From: a virus
Lineage: Duplodnaviria > Caudoviricetes
IMG/VR virus record: IMGVR_UViG_3300027571_000588
Span: 1 to 43,053 of that record
DNA length: 43,053 bases
Strand: one strand, 5' to 3'
Numbering within the stretch: position 1 is the stretch's first letter; each line of letters opens with the position of its first letter. A program made the position numbers and the translations under genes. This document shows, one piece after another, positions 26,028 through 35,206 of this stretch. Under the pieces are notes generated by a model. It searched no databases and was not told where the DNA came from. It saw only the letters and a program-made list of their open reading frames with translations.

Positions 26028-26337
26028 GAAAAATAAGTTAAGCAAGCAAGTAATTGACAAATGGCCTGAAGTACTTGGTAATATCGACATCAAAGTCGTT
26101 CCTACTGAGTACATTAAGGCTGTGGAAGTCACGTTTACAGACGGTAAAATATGGGTAATTGAGAACGACCCTACACAATCAATTAGTGATAACGCTGAAG
26201 CATTTGAGCAAAGTATGGAAGATCTAATGGACGAGTACGAAGACGTTCTTCAAAGTGTTAATTTTGTAGTTGACATAGAACGTGTAAAAAAAGACATTAC
26301 TAAGCGTACAAAGATCTTTATGAAGAAAAGGAAATAG
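26020..26337 (+). CDS. Hypothetical protein
   Basis: GTG start, WPEV...I....P.EY motif. Confidence 0.7.
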   Translation: MPKKNKLSKQVIDKWPEVLGNIDIKVVPTEYIKAVEVTFTDGKIWVIENDPTQSISDNAEAFEQSMEDLMDEYEDVLQSVNFVVDIERVKKDITKRTKIFMKKRK

Positions 26338-26346
26338 ACCTTTTGT

Positions 26347-26354
26347 GATAAATA
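26347..26354 (+). promoter_or_regulatory. Late-type promoter (GATAAATA)
   Basis: Upstream of a structural (fibre-like) gene with an AGGAG RBS. Confidence 0.7.
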
Positions 26355-26389
26355 CATATGTAGACTTAAATTTTAGGAGTTAAGATAAA

Positions 26390-27448
26390 ATGGCATTGCG
26401 ATTAAGAAGAGGCACTGATGCACAAAGACTTACACTTGACGGTGTGAGCATTCCGGTGCCAGCTGAAGGCGAAATAATATATACAACAGATACTAAGAAA
26501 CTTTATGTAGGTGACGGAACTACAGTAGGTGGTGTTGCAGTAGACGTTGCTAACTCCGATTTAAATATAGATGATTTAAGTGATGTAGATACTACAAGTG
26601 CAGGACATATTCCAAATGATGGTGAAGCATTAGTTTGGGATCAAGGCATGAGTCACTGGATGCCAGGCGATGCAACTATACTATCAGATAAATCAATTAA
26701 TGCACTACAAGATGTAGATACAACATCTAACACTCCTACAGTAGGACAAGTATTAAAATATGACGGTGCTGGCTGGGTAAATGGTACAGATGTATCAGGT
26801 GGATTAATTGACGGTGCTACATACCCTATTAACATCACAGGCGATGTAACTGGTAGCGTATTTGGCGATGATAGTACACAAATTGTTGACGGTACTGACG
26901 GCACAATTACTACACCAGGAATTACTTTAGATACAATTGCTCCAAATACTGCACTTAGTCCTATTATTTTAAACAACGGCGGTAACAGAGTACCATTACA
27001 GATAACTGCGGTTACTACTGGTGCAGGCGGCGGATTTCCTTACACAGATTTCCTTTCTGTTAAGGGTTCAACTACTACTCCAACTTCAGTTTTAGCAGGA
27101 GAGATAGTAGGTGGTTGGAAGATATCTGCGTATGATGCTGTTTCTGCAGCAGGAAAAGTTACAGCGTTAATGATTACGGAACTTGCAGCTGATGCTGATA
27201 TCACTGATGATTTTCCAAAATCTACTGCAAGTCTTATTATTGGTGCAGGTAGTAGTACATTCAATACATACATGTTTGGGTTAGGTGGCGAGTTTAAAGC
27301 AGAAGGTGCTATTACTCCTGGTAGATATGCAGATGATGCAGCACGTGATGCAGCTATTCCAACTCCAACAGCAGGCATGATGGTGTTTAACACAACTGGA
27401 ACTAAGTTCCAAGGATATGACGGATCTGCTTGGGTAAACTTAAACTAA
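26390..27448 (+). CDS. Tail fibre / virion structural protein
   Basis: N-terminal LRRGT...EGEIIYTTDTKKLYVGDG fibre motif, two L.DVD..P..G.VL.(W/Y)D...W repeats, GDVTGSVFGDDST, and C-terminal GMMVFNTT..KFQGYDGSAW. Confidence 0.8.
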   Translation: MALRLRRGTDAQRLTLDGVSIPVPAEGEIIYTTDTKKLYVGDGTTVGGVAVDVANSDLNIDDLSDVDTTSAGHIPNDGEALVWDQGMSHWMPGDATILSDKSINALQDVDTTSNTPTVGQVLKYDGAGWVNGTDVSGGLIDGATYPINITGDVTGSVFGDDSTQIVDGTDGTITTPGITLDTIAPNTALSPIILNNGGNRVPLQITAVTTGAGGGFPYTDFLSVKGSTTTPTSVLAGEIVGGWKISAYDAVSAAGKVTALMITELAADADITDDFPKSTASLIIGAGSSTFNTYMFGLGGEFKAEGAITPGRYADDAARDAAIPTPTAGMMVFNTTGTKFQGYDGSAWVNLN

Positions 27449-27450
27449 TA

Positions 27451-27495
27451 TTACCATTTAGGATATTTACTTAATTCTTCAAAAAACTTATCTGG
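27451..27495. repeat. 45-bp direct repeat, copy 1
   Basis: 41/45 identical to 28238-28282. Confidence 0.9.
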
Positions 27496-28224
27496 TTTTT
27501 GTATAACAAAACTTTGGTTTTCTAAAGGTTCCAGCGTAACAGCATATAGTTTCCAGTTATTGATCACTACAAATTCGTGTACTGCACTCATTACACCGTA
27601 TGAAAACCCATTTGATACACCAACCTGAAAGTAGTCATGACCTGAGATGAATCCGCCTGGTTTTATTTTATCTGCAAATGAATTTAGTTCTGCTTTGGTT
27701 CTTTCATATGTGTGAGTAGTATCTATATATACCCAATCAAAATACTCGTCATTAAACAAATTTCCTGCTTCTGCGGAGTCCACTTGATGTATTTCTATGT
27801 TTTCTTTTTGATCAAATATGCTGTCTACTGATTTTAGTTGATAATCGTATTGAAAAATATCAATGAGATGTAACTTTTGTGGCTGTGTAACCTCGTATAT
27901 ACGTTCTGCAAACCGACCTCTATCAACACCTATCTCTGCTACTACAGCATTTTTTGGCATTTGTTCTAGTAAACTCATACGGTCAAGAATTGCTTTGCAG
28001 CCATCTACATGATGCGGTTCAAGAAACCGTAAAGTTTTAATAGAATCAAAAATTCTTTGATCAGTTTTACTGTCAAATAGTTTATCTAAGTATTCGTCAA
28101 AAAACTTATCAATATCCTCTATATGACCTATTTTAAAAGATCGAGTTTTTTCTTTAAAAGCATCTATATGCTGATGTAAATCTTTCTTTAAATGTTTTAA
28201 AAATTCTTCTGCACTTTCTTGCAC
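27451..28224 (-). CDS. Class I SAM-dependent methyltransferase (Methyltransf_24-like)
   Basis: AEIGVDRG, DWVYIDTTHTYE and KPGGFISGHDY motifs. GTG start with GAGG RBS. Confidence 0.88.
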   Translation of the reverse strand: MQESAEEFLKHLKKDLHQHIDAFKEKTRSFKIGHIEDIDKFFDEYLDKLFDSKTDQRIFDSIKTLRFLEPHHVDGCKAILDRMSLLEQMPKNAVVAEIGVDRGRFAERIYEVTQPQKLHLIDIFQYDYQLKSVDSIFDQKENIEIHQVDSAEAGNLFNDEYFDWVYIDTTHTYERTKAELNSFADKIKPGGFISGHDYFQVGVSNGFSYGVMSAVHEFVVINNWKLYAVTLEPLENQSFVIQKPDKFFEELSKYPKW

Positions 28225-28237
28225 AACTTACCTCACT

Positions 28238-28282
28238 TTACCATCTAGGATGTTTATTTAATTCTTCAAAAAACTTGTCTGG
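28238..28282. repeat. 45-bp direct repeat, copy 2
   Basis: 41/45 identical to 27451-27495. Confidence 0.9.
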
Positions 28283-28792
28283 AAAAATTTCCCACACTGT
28301 TTGATTAGTGCCTCTATAAAACACATCTTTTATATGTTTCATTTGCCCTGTTTTTTCCATAGCAGGAGCAAATACTCTGTGTACTATTTTTTGGGTACCT
28401 GCTTCATTTTCGTTAGAAGTTATAAATGCTCTAGCTCCTTTGGGAAGCCATTCTAAACAAGCAGGAATTAAAAATTGTCCAGTTGCATGTTGATGTGTAA
28501 CAATCTGATTGCGTGTCCTTAAACTAACTAAAGGTAACTTGTCTGTAAATACACACGTTCTAGCAGCAACTCTAAACGTGTTAGGACCCATAACATCGTC
28601 GAATGTATGTGCTGCTACACTTCCTACTGCTGCATTATTATAATACAATATCCAAGTTTGCCATTTAGCTTCTTTGCGAAAACAATCTACCAGCATATGT
28701 TGAGATGAATTATTTTCAAACCCGCGGGCAGCAGCATCTTTATAAAAGTCTGTTAAGTCTAAGTCTTTATTCCAAGGAATTATTTTATACAT
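28238..28792 (-). CDS. Hypothetical protein, possible GNAT-like fold
   Basis: Strand pattern W.LY....VG.V.., R...RT.V and AFITSN resembles acyltransferases. Confidence 0.55.
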   Translation of the reverse strand: MYKIIPWNKDLDLTDFYKDAAARGFENNSSQHMLVDCFRKEAKWQTWILYYNNAAVGSVAAHTFDDVMGPNTFRVAARTCVFTDKLPLVSLRTRNQIVTHQHATGQFLIPACLEWLPKGARAFITSNENEAGTQKIVHRVFAPAMEKTGQMKHIKDVFYRGTNQTVWEIFPDKFFEELNKHPRW

Positions 28793-29460
28793 TTAGCTTT
28801 CTCTATAAAGTCGTTAGGATAGTTTTTTCTAAAACTTTCCCAACATAGTTGTTCTAATAAGTCTAAAGGTTGAGGAGTATCCCACTCAATGCCTAATGAT
28901 TCAATATGTTTACGCATTTCTTCTTGGCGTGTACTGTAAATATGACTAGAGTGATCTGCTATACTAATAGGCCCCTCTTGTTCATTATACGCAAAGAAGT
29001 AGTTAATACTTTTTAACTTACCGTCTACTACAAAATAACTACTAGGGTGCATACTGTATTTGTAAATACCTAGATTCTTATGTGCTTGAATTATGTCTAG
29101 CATCTGTTCTTGCCAATCTGGTAATACGTTATCATAGTTTTCTTGATCGCAACCTGCAAGTTCCCAAAAGTCAGGACCTTGTATTCTTAGATATACTTTT
29201 CTCTTTTCTATATCTATATCTATAATTTCTGGAATATATTGCGGATAATTCTGTTGCATGAGTAGCAAGTATTCGACTTCTCTATCAAATTTTTCTTGCA
29301 TTAGGGTAGCATCAACTACTTGATTTTGGCCACCATGATACTTTTCATCATTGTAATACCATTGACAAAATGTTTTTTCGTCTTTGCTAATTAAACTAGT
29401 ATAGATTAAATTGTTCCTACAAAGTCCAGCACCTGGCACGTTGTTCCAATAATACTCCAT
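28780..29460 (-). CDS. Protein-kinase-like fold protein (degenerate active site)
   Basis: FDREVEYL, IPEIIDID and LGIYKYSMHPSSYFV..KLKSINY motifs. Paralog of 32393-33070. Confidence 0.6.
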   Translation of the reverse strand: MEYYWNNVPGAGLCRNNLIYTSLISKDEKTFCQWYYNDEKYHGGQNQVVDATLMQEKFDREVEYLLLMQQNYPQYIPEIIDIDIEKRKVYLRIQGPDFWELAGCDQENYDNVLPDWQEQMLDIIQAHKNLGIYKYSMHPSSYFVVDGKLKSINYFFAYNEQEGPISIADHSSHIYSTRQEEMRKHIESLGIEWDTPQPLDLLEQLCWESFRKNYPNDFIEKAKCIK

Positions 29461-29478
29461 AACATTGCTCCTTACTGA

Positions 29479-29494
29479 TATTTATAGGTAAATA
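29479..29494. promoter_or_regulatory. Back-to-back late-type promoters
   Basis: TATAAATA on the minus strand (29479-29486) abuts GGTAAATA on the plus strand (29487-29494), between divergent genes. Confidence 0.65.
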
Positions 29495-29523
29495 TGAGTA
29501 TATAATTAAAAAGTGAGTACTTA

Positions 29524-30579
29524 ATGAGAAAACTTAAAGATACATTATCAATTTGCGAACAATGTTATCGACATGTACCGGCAACTAGGTTTGAAAGAGA
29601 TAATCAAATATGGTTAAGTAAGACATGCCCAGAGCACGGATACGTTGAACATCTTGTTGAGCCCGATGCAGAGTTCTATTTAAATTACAACTATCCAAGA
29701 CATGCATTAGGAAGCTACTTTCTAGAGACAACTAATAAATGCAATCTAGCATGCCCGCATTGTTATCAAGAACCTGATAACAAGTCCATAGATCCAGCAA
29801 TTTTATCGATATTAGAAAAAATTAAATCCTGGCCCGATGACGGATACCCTGTTGCATTAGTAGGAGCGGAGCCTACTACAAGAAAAGATTTGCCTGAGTT
29901 AATAACAGCTATACAATCACTTCCTGGAAAGCCTCGTGGTATTATGATTTTAACCAATGGCGTTAATATGTCAAATCGTAAATATGCTGAAAAGTTTAAA
30001 GACTTTAAGAATGTTGCATGGACATTTGGGCTCAACCATCCCGACTATCAAGGTCATACCGTGCGCAAAAAGCAGATGGAAGGTATTAAAAATTGTACCG
30101 AAATAGGACTAGCAATTAAAAATGTTAGTTATACATTAGAAGACATGACACAGTTAGAATATTGTTTAGAAGAAATACAAGAATTTGGATTAGATGTATG
30201 TAAGCAATATAGAGTACGCTGCGGTGCTGACATTGGACGATTCCCCGGCGGCCCACAAATTTATATGTCTGAATTAGTAAGAGAAACAAAGGTAATAGCT
30301 ACCAAAAATAACTGGAGTCTTGGGATGGACCACAACGACGGCAACCGAGCTCACTACCCGCTTATTATTAATAATATTGTAGTTAAAATTATACAATGGC
30401 CAGATGCTAAAACATTAGACTTATCTGAAGTGCAAACTGAAGCAATTGCTGATATACTTCCAGGTAAGCCGCCAAGTCCGTTAGTGCATCAAGTTATACT
30501 AAGAGACCATGCAGTAAACAAAAGAAAACTGCTACCCGACACAATACCAAAGGAATGGATAGATAATTATGGCAAATAG
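29524..30579 (+). CDS. Radical SAM enzyme with N-terminal CxxC...CxxH metal domain
   Basis: CEQC...KTCPEHG, CNLACPHC, GAEPT and TNG motifs. Confidence 0.9.
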   Translation: MRKLKDTLSICEQCYRHVPATRFERDNQIWLSKTCPEHGYVEHLVEPDAEFYLNYNYPRHALGSYFLETTNKCNLACPHCYQEPDNKSIDPAILSILEKIKSWPDDGYPVALVGAEPTTRKDLPELITAIQSLPGKPRGIMILTNGVNMSNRKYAEKFKDFKNVAWTFGLNHPDYQGHTVRKKQMEGIKNCTEIGLAIKNVSYTLEDMTQLEYCLEEIQEFGLDVCKQYRVRCGADIGRFPGGPQIYMSELVRETKVIATKNNWSLGMDHNDGNRAHYPLIINNIVVKIIQWPDAKTLDLSEVQTEAIADILPGKPPSPLVHQVILRDHAVNKRKLLPDTIPKEWIDNYGK

Positions 30580-31378
30580 AGGAATTAACGGAATACCGTA
30601 TTTTGATATGGAAAAGTATCTTGATATGGAAACTTTCGAAAAGTTACAACCAGAAATAATACATGGCTTTGCAACAGCAAGAGAATATGCAAAGGAAGGT
30701 ACATGGATGGCTCCTGGTTTTACTTTTGAAGATATGAGCTATACGTTAAATTGGAAACCTATCTATCAAGCATTAGAAGAATTTCAATTACTAGCAGATG
30801 ACAATCCTATTAAGATTGAAGGGATGAAACTTATGCCTTCGGACTTTGGAGATTACAAACAGCGTAACATGTTTACACGTTATTTAAAAATGGCTCTAGG
30901 TGCATATGACCCTTACATTTATTATTTCCTTTGGGAAGAAGGGTCTTGGGACGACAGAACAGCAGAACGTAAACTAACAGAAGAAGCGCAACATTTTCCT
31001 GAAACAGTAAAATGGACAGAACAATTAATTAAAGACAATATATTTGAACACATCGGTCGTGTTATATTCTTTCATTGCGAAGCAGACGGTGTTCCGTTTG
31101 AACACAGAGACCTTGATGCTAAAAACGGAATGAATCAATCGTTTCCACACAATAACGAATTTATACATATTCGTCCTAATACTAAAAAAGCATTTTATTT
31201 ATGGGACCCCGAAACTAAAAACAAAACATATCTTAATACTAGAGCAGCTTGGTGGAATGATCAAGACTGGCATGGTGGTGAGCGCATTATGGAACAAAGT
31301 TATGCATTACGCATTGATGGTAAGTTTACAGAAGAGTTCCGTAAAACTTTGGGCATAGATAAGATGGAAAGTTATTAA
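30569..31378 (+). CDS. Fe(II)/2OG oxygenase-like protein
   Basis: HRD...NDQDWHG...LRIDG facial-triad pattern. Confidence 0.65.
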   Translation: MANRGINGIPYFDMEKYLDMETFEKLQPEIIHGFATAREYAKEGTWMAPGFTFEDMSYTLNWKPIYQALEEFQLLADDNPIKIEGMKLMPSDFGDYKQRNMFTRYLKMALGAYDPYIYYFLWEEGSWDDRTAERKLTEEAQHFPETVKWTEQLIKDNIFEHIGRVIFFHCEADGVPFEHRDLDAKNGMNQSFPHNNEFIHIRPNTKKAFYLWDPETKNKTYLNTRAAWWNDQDWHGGERIMEQSYALRIDGKFTEEFRKTLGIDKMESY

Positions 31379-31875
31379 TGAAATATTTAGGTAATTACGC
31401 AGACTGGATACAGCCAGAGTGGATTGACTTTATAAAAGCTAATGATGGCACATGTCGACCAGGAGGTGGCAGAAATCCTGATAGTGAAGAATTTAGAAAA
31501 GCAGCAGAACACGGATACGATTTAACACAAACGTATTGGTATATTTACGAGCCGGATACGTTTCCTTTTGACGTTAAGTCACCTATACCGTTAGAAGGTG
31601 AATTTTTGTGGTGGTTTATAAAGATGAATCCAGGCGACAAAATGCCTATGCATAAAGACCCACATGCTCTTATAGAAAAAAATAGCAAACGCTACTGGAT
31701 GGCTTTGCAAGATTATGAACCAGGACATGTGTTTATCTATGAGGATCAACTTGCAACTGGATACAAAAAAGGCGATTTGTTTGTCTACGACGATAGTAAG
31801 GCACTACACGGTGCATGTAATATAGGATGGAGCACAAGAATGATTGCATGTTTTAGCTCTTATGATGTACAATGA
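31378..31875 (+). CDS. Fe(II)/2OG oxygenase-like protein
   Basis: PGDKMPMHKD...LHGACNIGWSTR motifs. Confidence 0.75.
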   Translation: MKYLGNYADWIQPEWIDFIKANDGTCRPGGGRNPDSEEFRKAAEHGYDLTQTYWYIYEPDTFPFDVKSPIPLEGEFLWWFIKMNPGDKMPMHKDPHALIEKNSKRYWMALQDYEPGHVFIYEDQLATGYKKGDLFVYDDSKALHGACNIGWSTRMIACFSSYDVQ

Positions 31876-32396
31876 ATTATATAGGTAATTGCGCTGATTG
31901 GATTATTGAGAATAACATTATAGAAATGTTAACCAGTAAACAAGGTGAATGCACACCAGTATGGCAACCGGATCGGTGGACCGGAAACGAGACTTTAGAA
32001 AAGTTTAAAGAAATGGCAAGGCCTGGATATTCAAAGAATGTGTTTTTCTTTCATCAGCTTAACGCAGGATCACCAGAAATGGAAGGATATGATTTTGTAT
32101 ATCCTGAACTACCAGAAACTAGAAAACATTCGCCGTGGTGGTTTGTAAAGTTATACCCTGGTGAATTTCAAGCAATGCACATTGATCCACACTTAACTGA
32201 AGTTGGTAACTTTGTACGTTATACAATGTTTTTACAAGACTGGGAGCCTGGACACATATTTGCGTATGATGATAAAATGTTGTCTAACTATAAAGCAGGT
32301 GATTTGTACGAATGGAGCGATCCTGAATGTATACACGGTCCTGCTAACATAGGTTACAATCCAAGACTTACATTACAAATCACATTACACGATTAA
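31872..32396 (+). CDS. Fe(II)/2OG oxygenase-like protein
   Basis: PGEFQAMHID...IHGPANIGYNPR. Paralog of the preceding gene (both start M.Y.GN.ADWI). Confidence 0.75.
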   Translation: MNYIGNCADWIIENNIIEMLTSKQGECTPVWQPDRWTGNETLEKFKEMARPGYSKNVFFFHQLNAGSPEMEGYDFVYPELPETRKHSPWWFVKLYPGEFQAMHIDPHLTEVGNFVRYTMFLQDWEPGHIFAYDDKMLSNYKAGDLYEWSDPECIHGPANIGYNPRLTLQITLHD

Positions 32397-33070
32397 TATA
32401 ATTTATTAAAAAACTCTGGGAATGGACAGTCGGGCCAACACTTTGGCAAGTGTATGTTCATTGTAAGATTAAAGAAATTTTTGAGATCGATTACGCCGTC
32501 AGTTTCTGATTGGTCAAACCTATAAGATCCTTGGTCTCCAATCATGCCTGCTATTAACTTTTTTTCAATAAAAGAATCATCATGTGGAACAACTGAGTAA
32601 TAGTCAATAACTTTTATTGCGCCGTCTTTGTTTATAAAGAAACAATGTGGATAGAGTGCTAATTTATAATGTTTACTATTTTTAAATTCTTTTACAACGC
32701 TATACAATTGATCTTTCCAATTAGGAAATTCGTCATCTATTGATCTGTTTGGGTCAAATACTATCTGCGATAATGTTTCTGTATTCCATTCTATAAAAAC
32801 TTTATTATTATCACGATCCACTTTGAGAAGTTTAGGAGTGCAACTTAAATATTGTAACTCTTCTAAAAATCGCACTTCTCTTTCAAAAAAGAAATCAACT
32901 ATCTCTTGTGTCATACCGGGCTGATGGCCTTGATAATCTTCATTGATACAATAATGTTTACATAAAATATCGTTAGTTGGATTCATTAAGGCTGTATATA
33001 ACATGTTAGATGATGCTGTTACATGATCAGCTGTTCTTTTGTAATAATATTTCCAATTACTTGTATTCAT
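32393..33070 (-). CDS. Protein-kinase-like fold protein (degenerate active site)
   Basis: Start moved to 33070 (MNTSNWK). FEREVRFL, TPKLLKVD and YKLALYPHCFF...IKVIDYY motifs. Confidence 0.6.
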   Translation of the reverse strand: MNTSNWKYYYKRTADHVTASSNMLYTALMNPTNDILCKHYCINEDYQGHQPGMTQEIVDFFFEREVRFLEELQYLSCTPKLLKVDRDNNKVFIEWNTETLSQIVFDPNRSIDDEFPNWKDQLYSVVKEFKNSKHYKLALYPHCFFINKDGAIKVIDYYSVVPHDDSFIEKKLIAGMIGDQGSYRFDQSETDGVIDLKNFFNLTMNIHLPKCWPDCPFPEFFNKLY

Positions 33071-33075
33071 AACTA

Positions 33076-33105
33076 TACTTATCATACATTTACAAGCGAT
33101 AAGTA
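33076..33105. promoter_or_regulatory. Symmetric divergent GATAAGTA late-type promoters
   Basis: GATAAGTA on the minus strand (33076-83) and the plus strand (33098-105), each exactly 5 nt before an ATG. Confidence 0.75.
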
Positions 33106-33110
33106 TACTT

Positions 33111-33662
33111 ATGGACCACAATAATTTAAAGAGCTGTACGTTTGTTAATGTTTATGATCACAAAGATCTAACAACATCATTAAAAGACAAACAAGGCTCA
33201 GATGTTACCACCGATCCAAGTCGTTGGAATTTAGATAATAGCGAATACGGAAAGATACATACTATCTGGAAGGAGGCTAATTTTAATACCAATGCTATGA
33301 AGTGGACAAACTATTATCCCAACGAACATTTTCCACAAGAGTTTGTTGATGATGTTGCAGATCATTTAAATTTAAAAGGTGTGCATCGTGCATGGATTAG
33401 TAGAGTTGACCCCGGATATTATGCACCTTGGCACTGGGACGTAGATGACCACGAACAAGAATATTTAAAACAGGGCGAAATCAAACGCTACAGTATGTCA
33501 CTAGGTAATAAAGTTCTTGGACATATTTTTATGCTAGGTCAAGATTATTTGTATAACTGTCCGGCTGGATCATTATTCCATTGGAATAATTATTACGAAT
33601 GGCATAGCGGCATTAACGCAGGCATGACCCCAAAGTTTATGTTTCACATAATTGGATATTAA
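33111..33662 (+). CDS. Fe(II)/2OG oxygenase-like protein
   Basis: PGYYAPWHWD...WHSGINAGMTPK motifs. Confidence 0.75.
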   Translation: MDHNNLKSCTFVNVYDHKDLTTSLKDKQGSDVTTDPSRWNLDNSEYGKIHTIWKEANFNTNAMKWTNYYPNEHFPQEFVDDVADHLNLKGVHRAWISRVDPGYYAPWHWDVDDHEQEYLKQGEIKRYSMSLGNKVLGHIFMLGQDYLYNCPAGSLFHWNNYYEWHSGINAGMTPKFMFHIIGY

Positions 33663-35206
33663 TTACTAGGTGTATAATTTAATTTTTTATCGATGTAATT
33701 TTGCACAAAAGTTTTAAACTTAGGATCGTTAGTATCTGTCTGTGACATGTTTATATCGTAAATATCTTGATATCGTTCTGCTTCTGTTAGCACAAATAAT
33801 CTATCTGATAAAAACGGATTGCATCCTCTAAGTCCAATAAACCCATCATCTGAATAAAATTCTTTTACTAAATTCTGCGCTTGGTGCCAATCCATAGTAT
33901 TGTGTTTCCATATAACAATGTCATTGCGAGTGCTGCCTACGCCGCCACCTCGTGGAGTAGTAGACTTAAAGACAACATTTCCGTTAGCATCTTTATATAC
34001 GTCATACCCTGGATTTTGTTTAGCCTCGATCTTCAACAAGCCGTTGTCTTTAAGTTGTTTAGTAAATCGGCTTTGGTTTGTAAGGCTTTCGTCATAATCG
34101 CCAATTTCTAAAATATGGGCGCTGGCGCTTTGTCTATTCCATTTAGTGTTTAACCAATTTAATGAACTATGCCAAGACTCGTGTGTTTCTCCTGGTATAC
34201 CGCAGATTAATTGTATGTTTGCTCTATATCTCTTAGGAGCATGAATATCCGTATATTCTTGAAATTCCAATAAGCCTTCTTGTATTTGTGTCGGATCCAT
34301 ACCTTTACGTACAAGTTTGCCTGCTTCTCTATTAAAAGTTTCAAGTCCCATACTATGTCCTAGGAACCCTAGTCTAATATAAGTGTCCCAGTGCTCCTTA
34401 TGTTTAACAACTAAGTCTCCGCGGGCGAAGCCGCATATCCAAGGATTGTATCCTAGTTCGTCTACTGCATCAGCATACTTTTGTAATTTCGAAGGACGAT
34501 CATTAAATGTTTCGTCCATTACACGCCAATTCTTAATGCCCCACTTCTCGTACCCAGTCTGCATCTGTCGTTTGAATTCTTCTTTACTTACACTAACGTC
34601 TTTAGATTGTCCTAACAGAGGAAAATTACAGTAGCTACATTCAAACATACATCCACGAGCAGTTTCGATTTGAGGACATTCATACGGCATTATAAAATCT
34701 CGTGTTTCGTAGTCCACAAGGTAGTTGTCTAGCGGTGCCGATGGGTAGTGGTACAATCCTCTAAGAACATTCTTGCTTCCCATAAAAGTAGGATCGGATC
34801 TTAGAGGAGCTCCTAATGTGCCTATTAAATGTTTACACAATGCAAGGATGGCATTTTCTCCGTAACTGTCCACCCAATAATCTACATTATCAGCAGGAGT
34901 TGTTAACGCATTGTTGCCGCCGACTACTACTGGAATATCAGGATATTCTTTTTTTAACCAAGCAATAAAATCATTTAAGTAAGGGCTCCAAGGATTTAAG
35001 AAAGCAGTGCCGAAACAAAACATAACAGTCTTACTTGTAGTTCTACTGCGCACAAATTCTTGTAGTTCTTCTAATTCCCAAAATGCTGTAAAGTCTACTA
35101 CCTCGGCATCCCAGTCATTCATTCTTAAAAATGTAGCTACACGGTGTGGCCAAAGTGCTCGTTCCCATCTTTTTCCGGTTAACGAAAAGAAAAGTACGTG
35201 ATTCAT
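33659..35206 (-). CDS. Cobalamin-binding-type radical SAM enzyme
   Basis: N-terminal Rossmann-like region (PVVVGG, YGE), ETARGCMFECSYC, DETFND, GLETF, KG and GIPGET motifs. Confidence 0.88.
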   Translation of the reverse strand: MNHVLFFSLTGKRWERALWPHRVATFLRMNDWDAEVVDFTAFWELEELQEFVRSRTTSKTVMFCFGTAFLNPWSPYLNDFIAWLKKEYPDIPVVVGGNNALTTPADNVDYWVDSYGENAILALCKHLIGTLGAPLRSDPTFMGSKNVLRGLYHYPSAPLDNYLVDYETRDFIMPYECPQIETARGCMFECSYCNFPLLGQSKDVSVSKEEFKRQMQTGYEKWGIKNWRVMDETFNDRPSKLQKYADAVDELGYNPWICGFARGDLVVKHKEHWDTYIRLGFLGHSMGLETFNREAGKLVRKGMDPTQIQEGLLEFQEYTDIHAPKRYRANIQLICGIPGETHESWHSSLNWLNTKWNRQSASAHILEIGDYDESLTNQSRFTKQLKDNGLLKIEAKQNPGYDVYKDANGNVVFKSTTPRGGGVGSTRNDIVIWKHNTMDWHQAQNLVKEFYSDDGFIGLRGCNPFLSDRLFVLTEAERYQDIYDINMSQTDTNDPKFKTFVQNYIDKKLNYTPSN

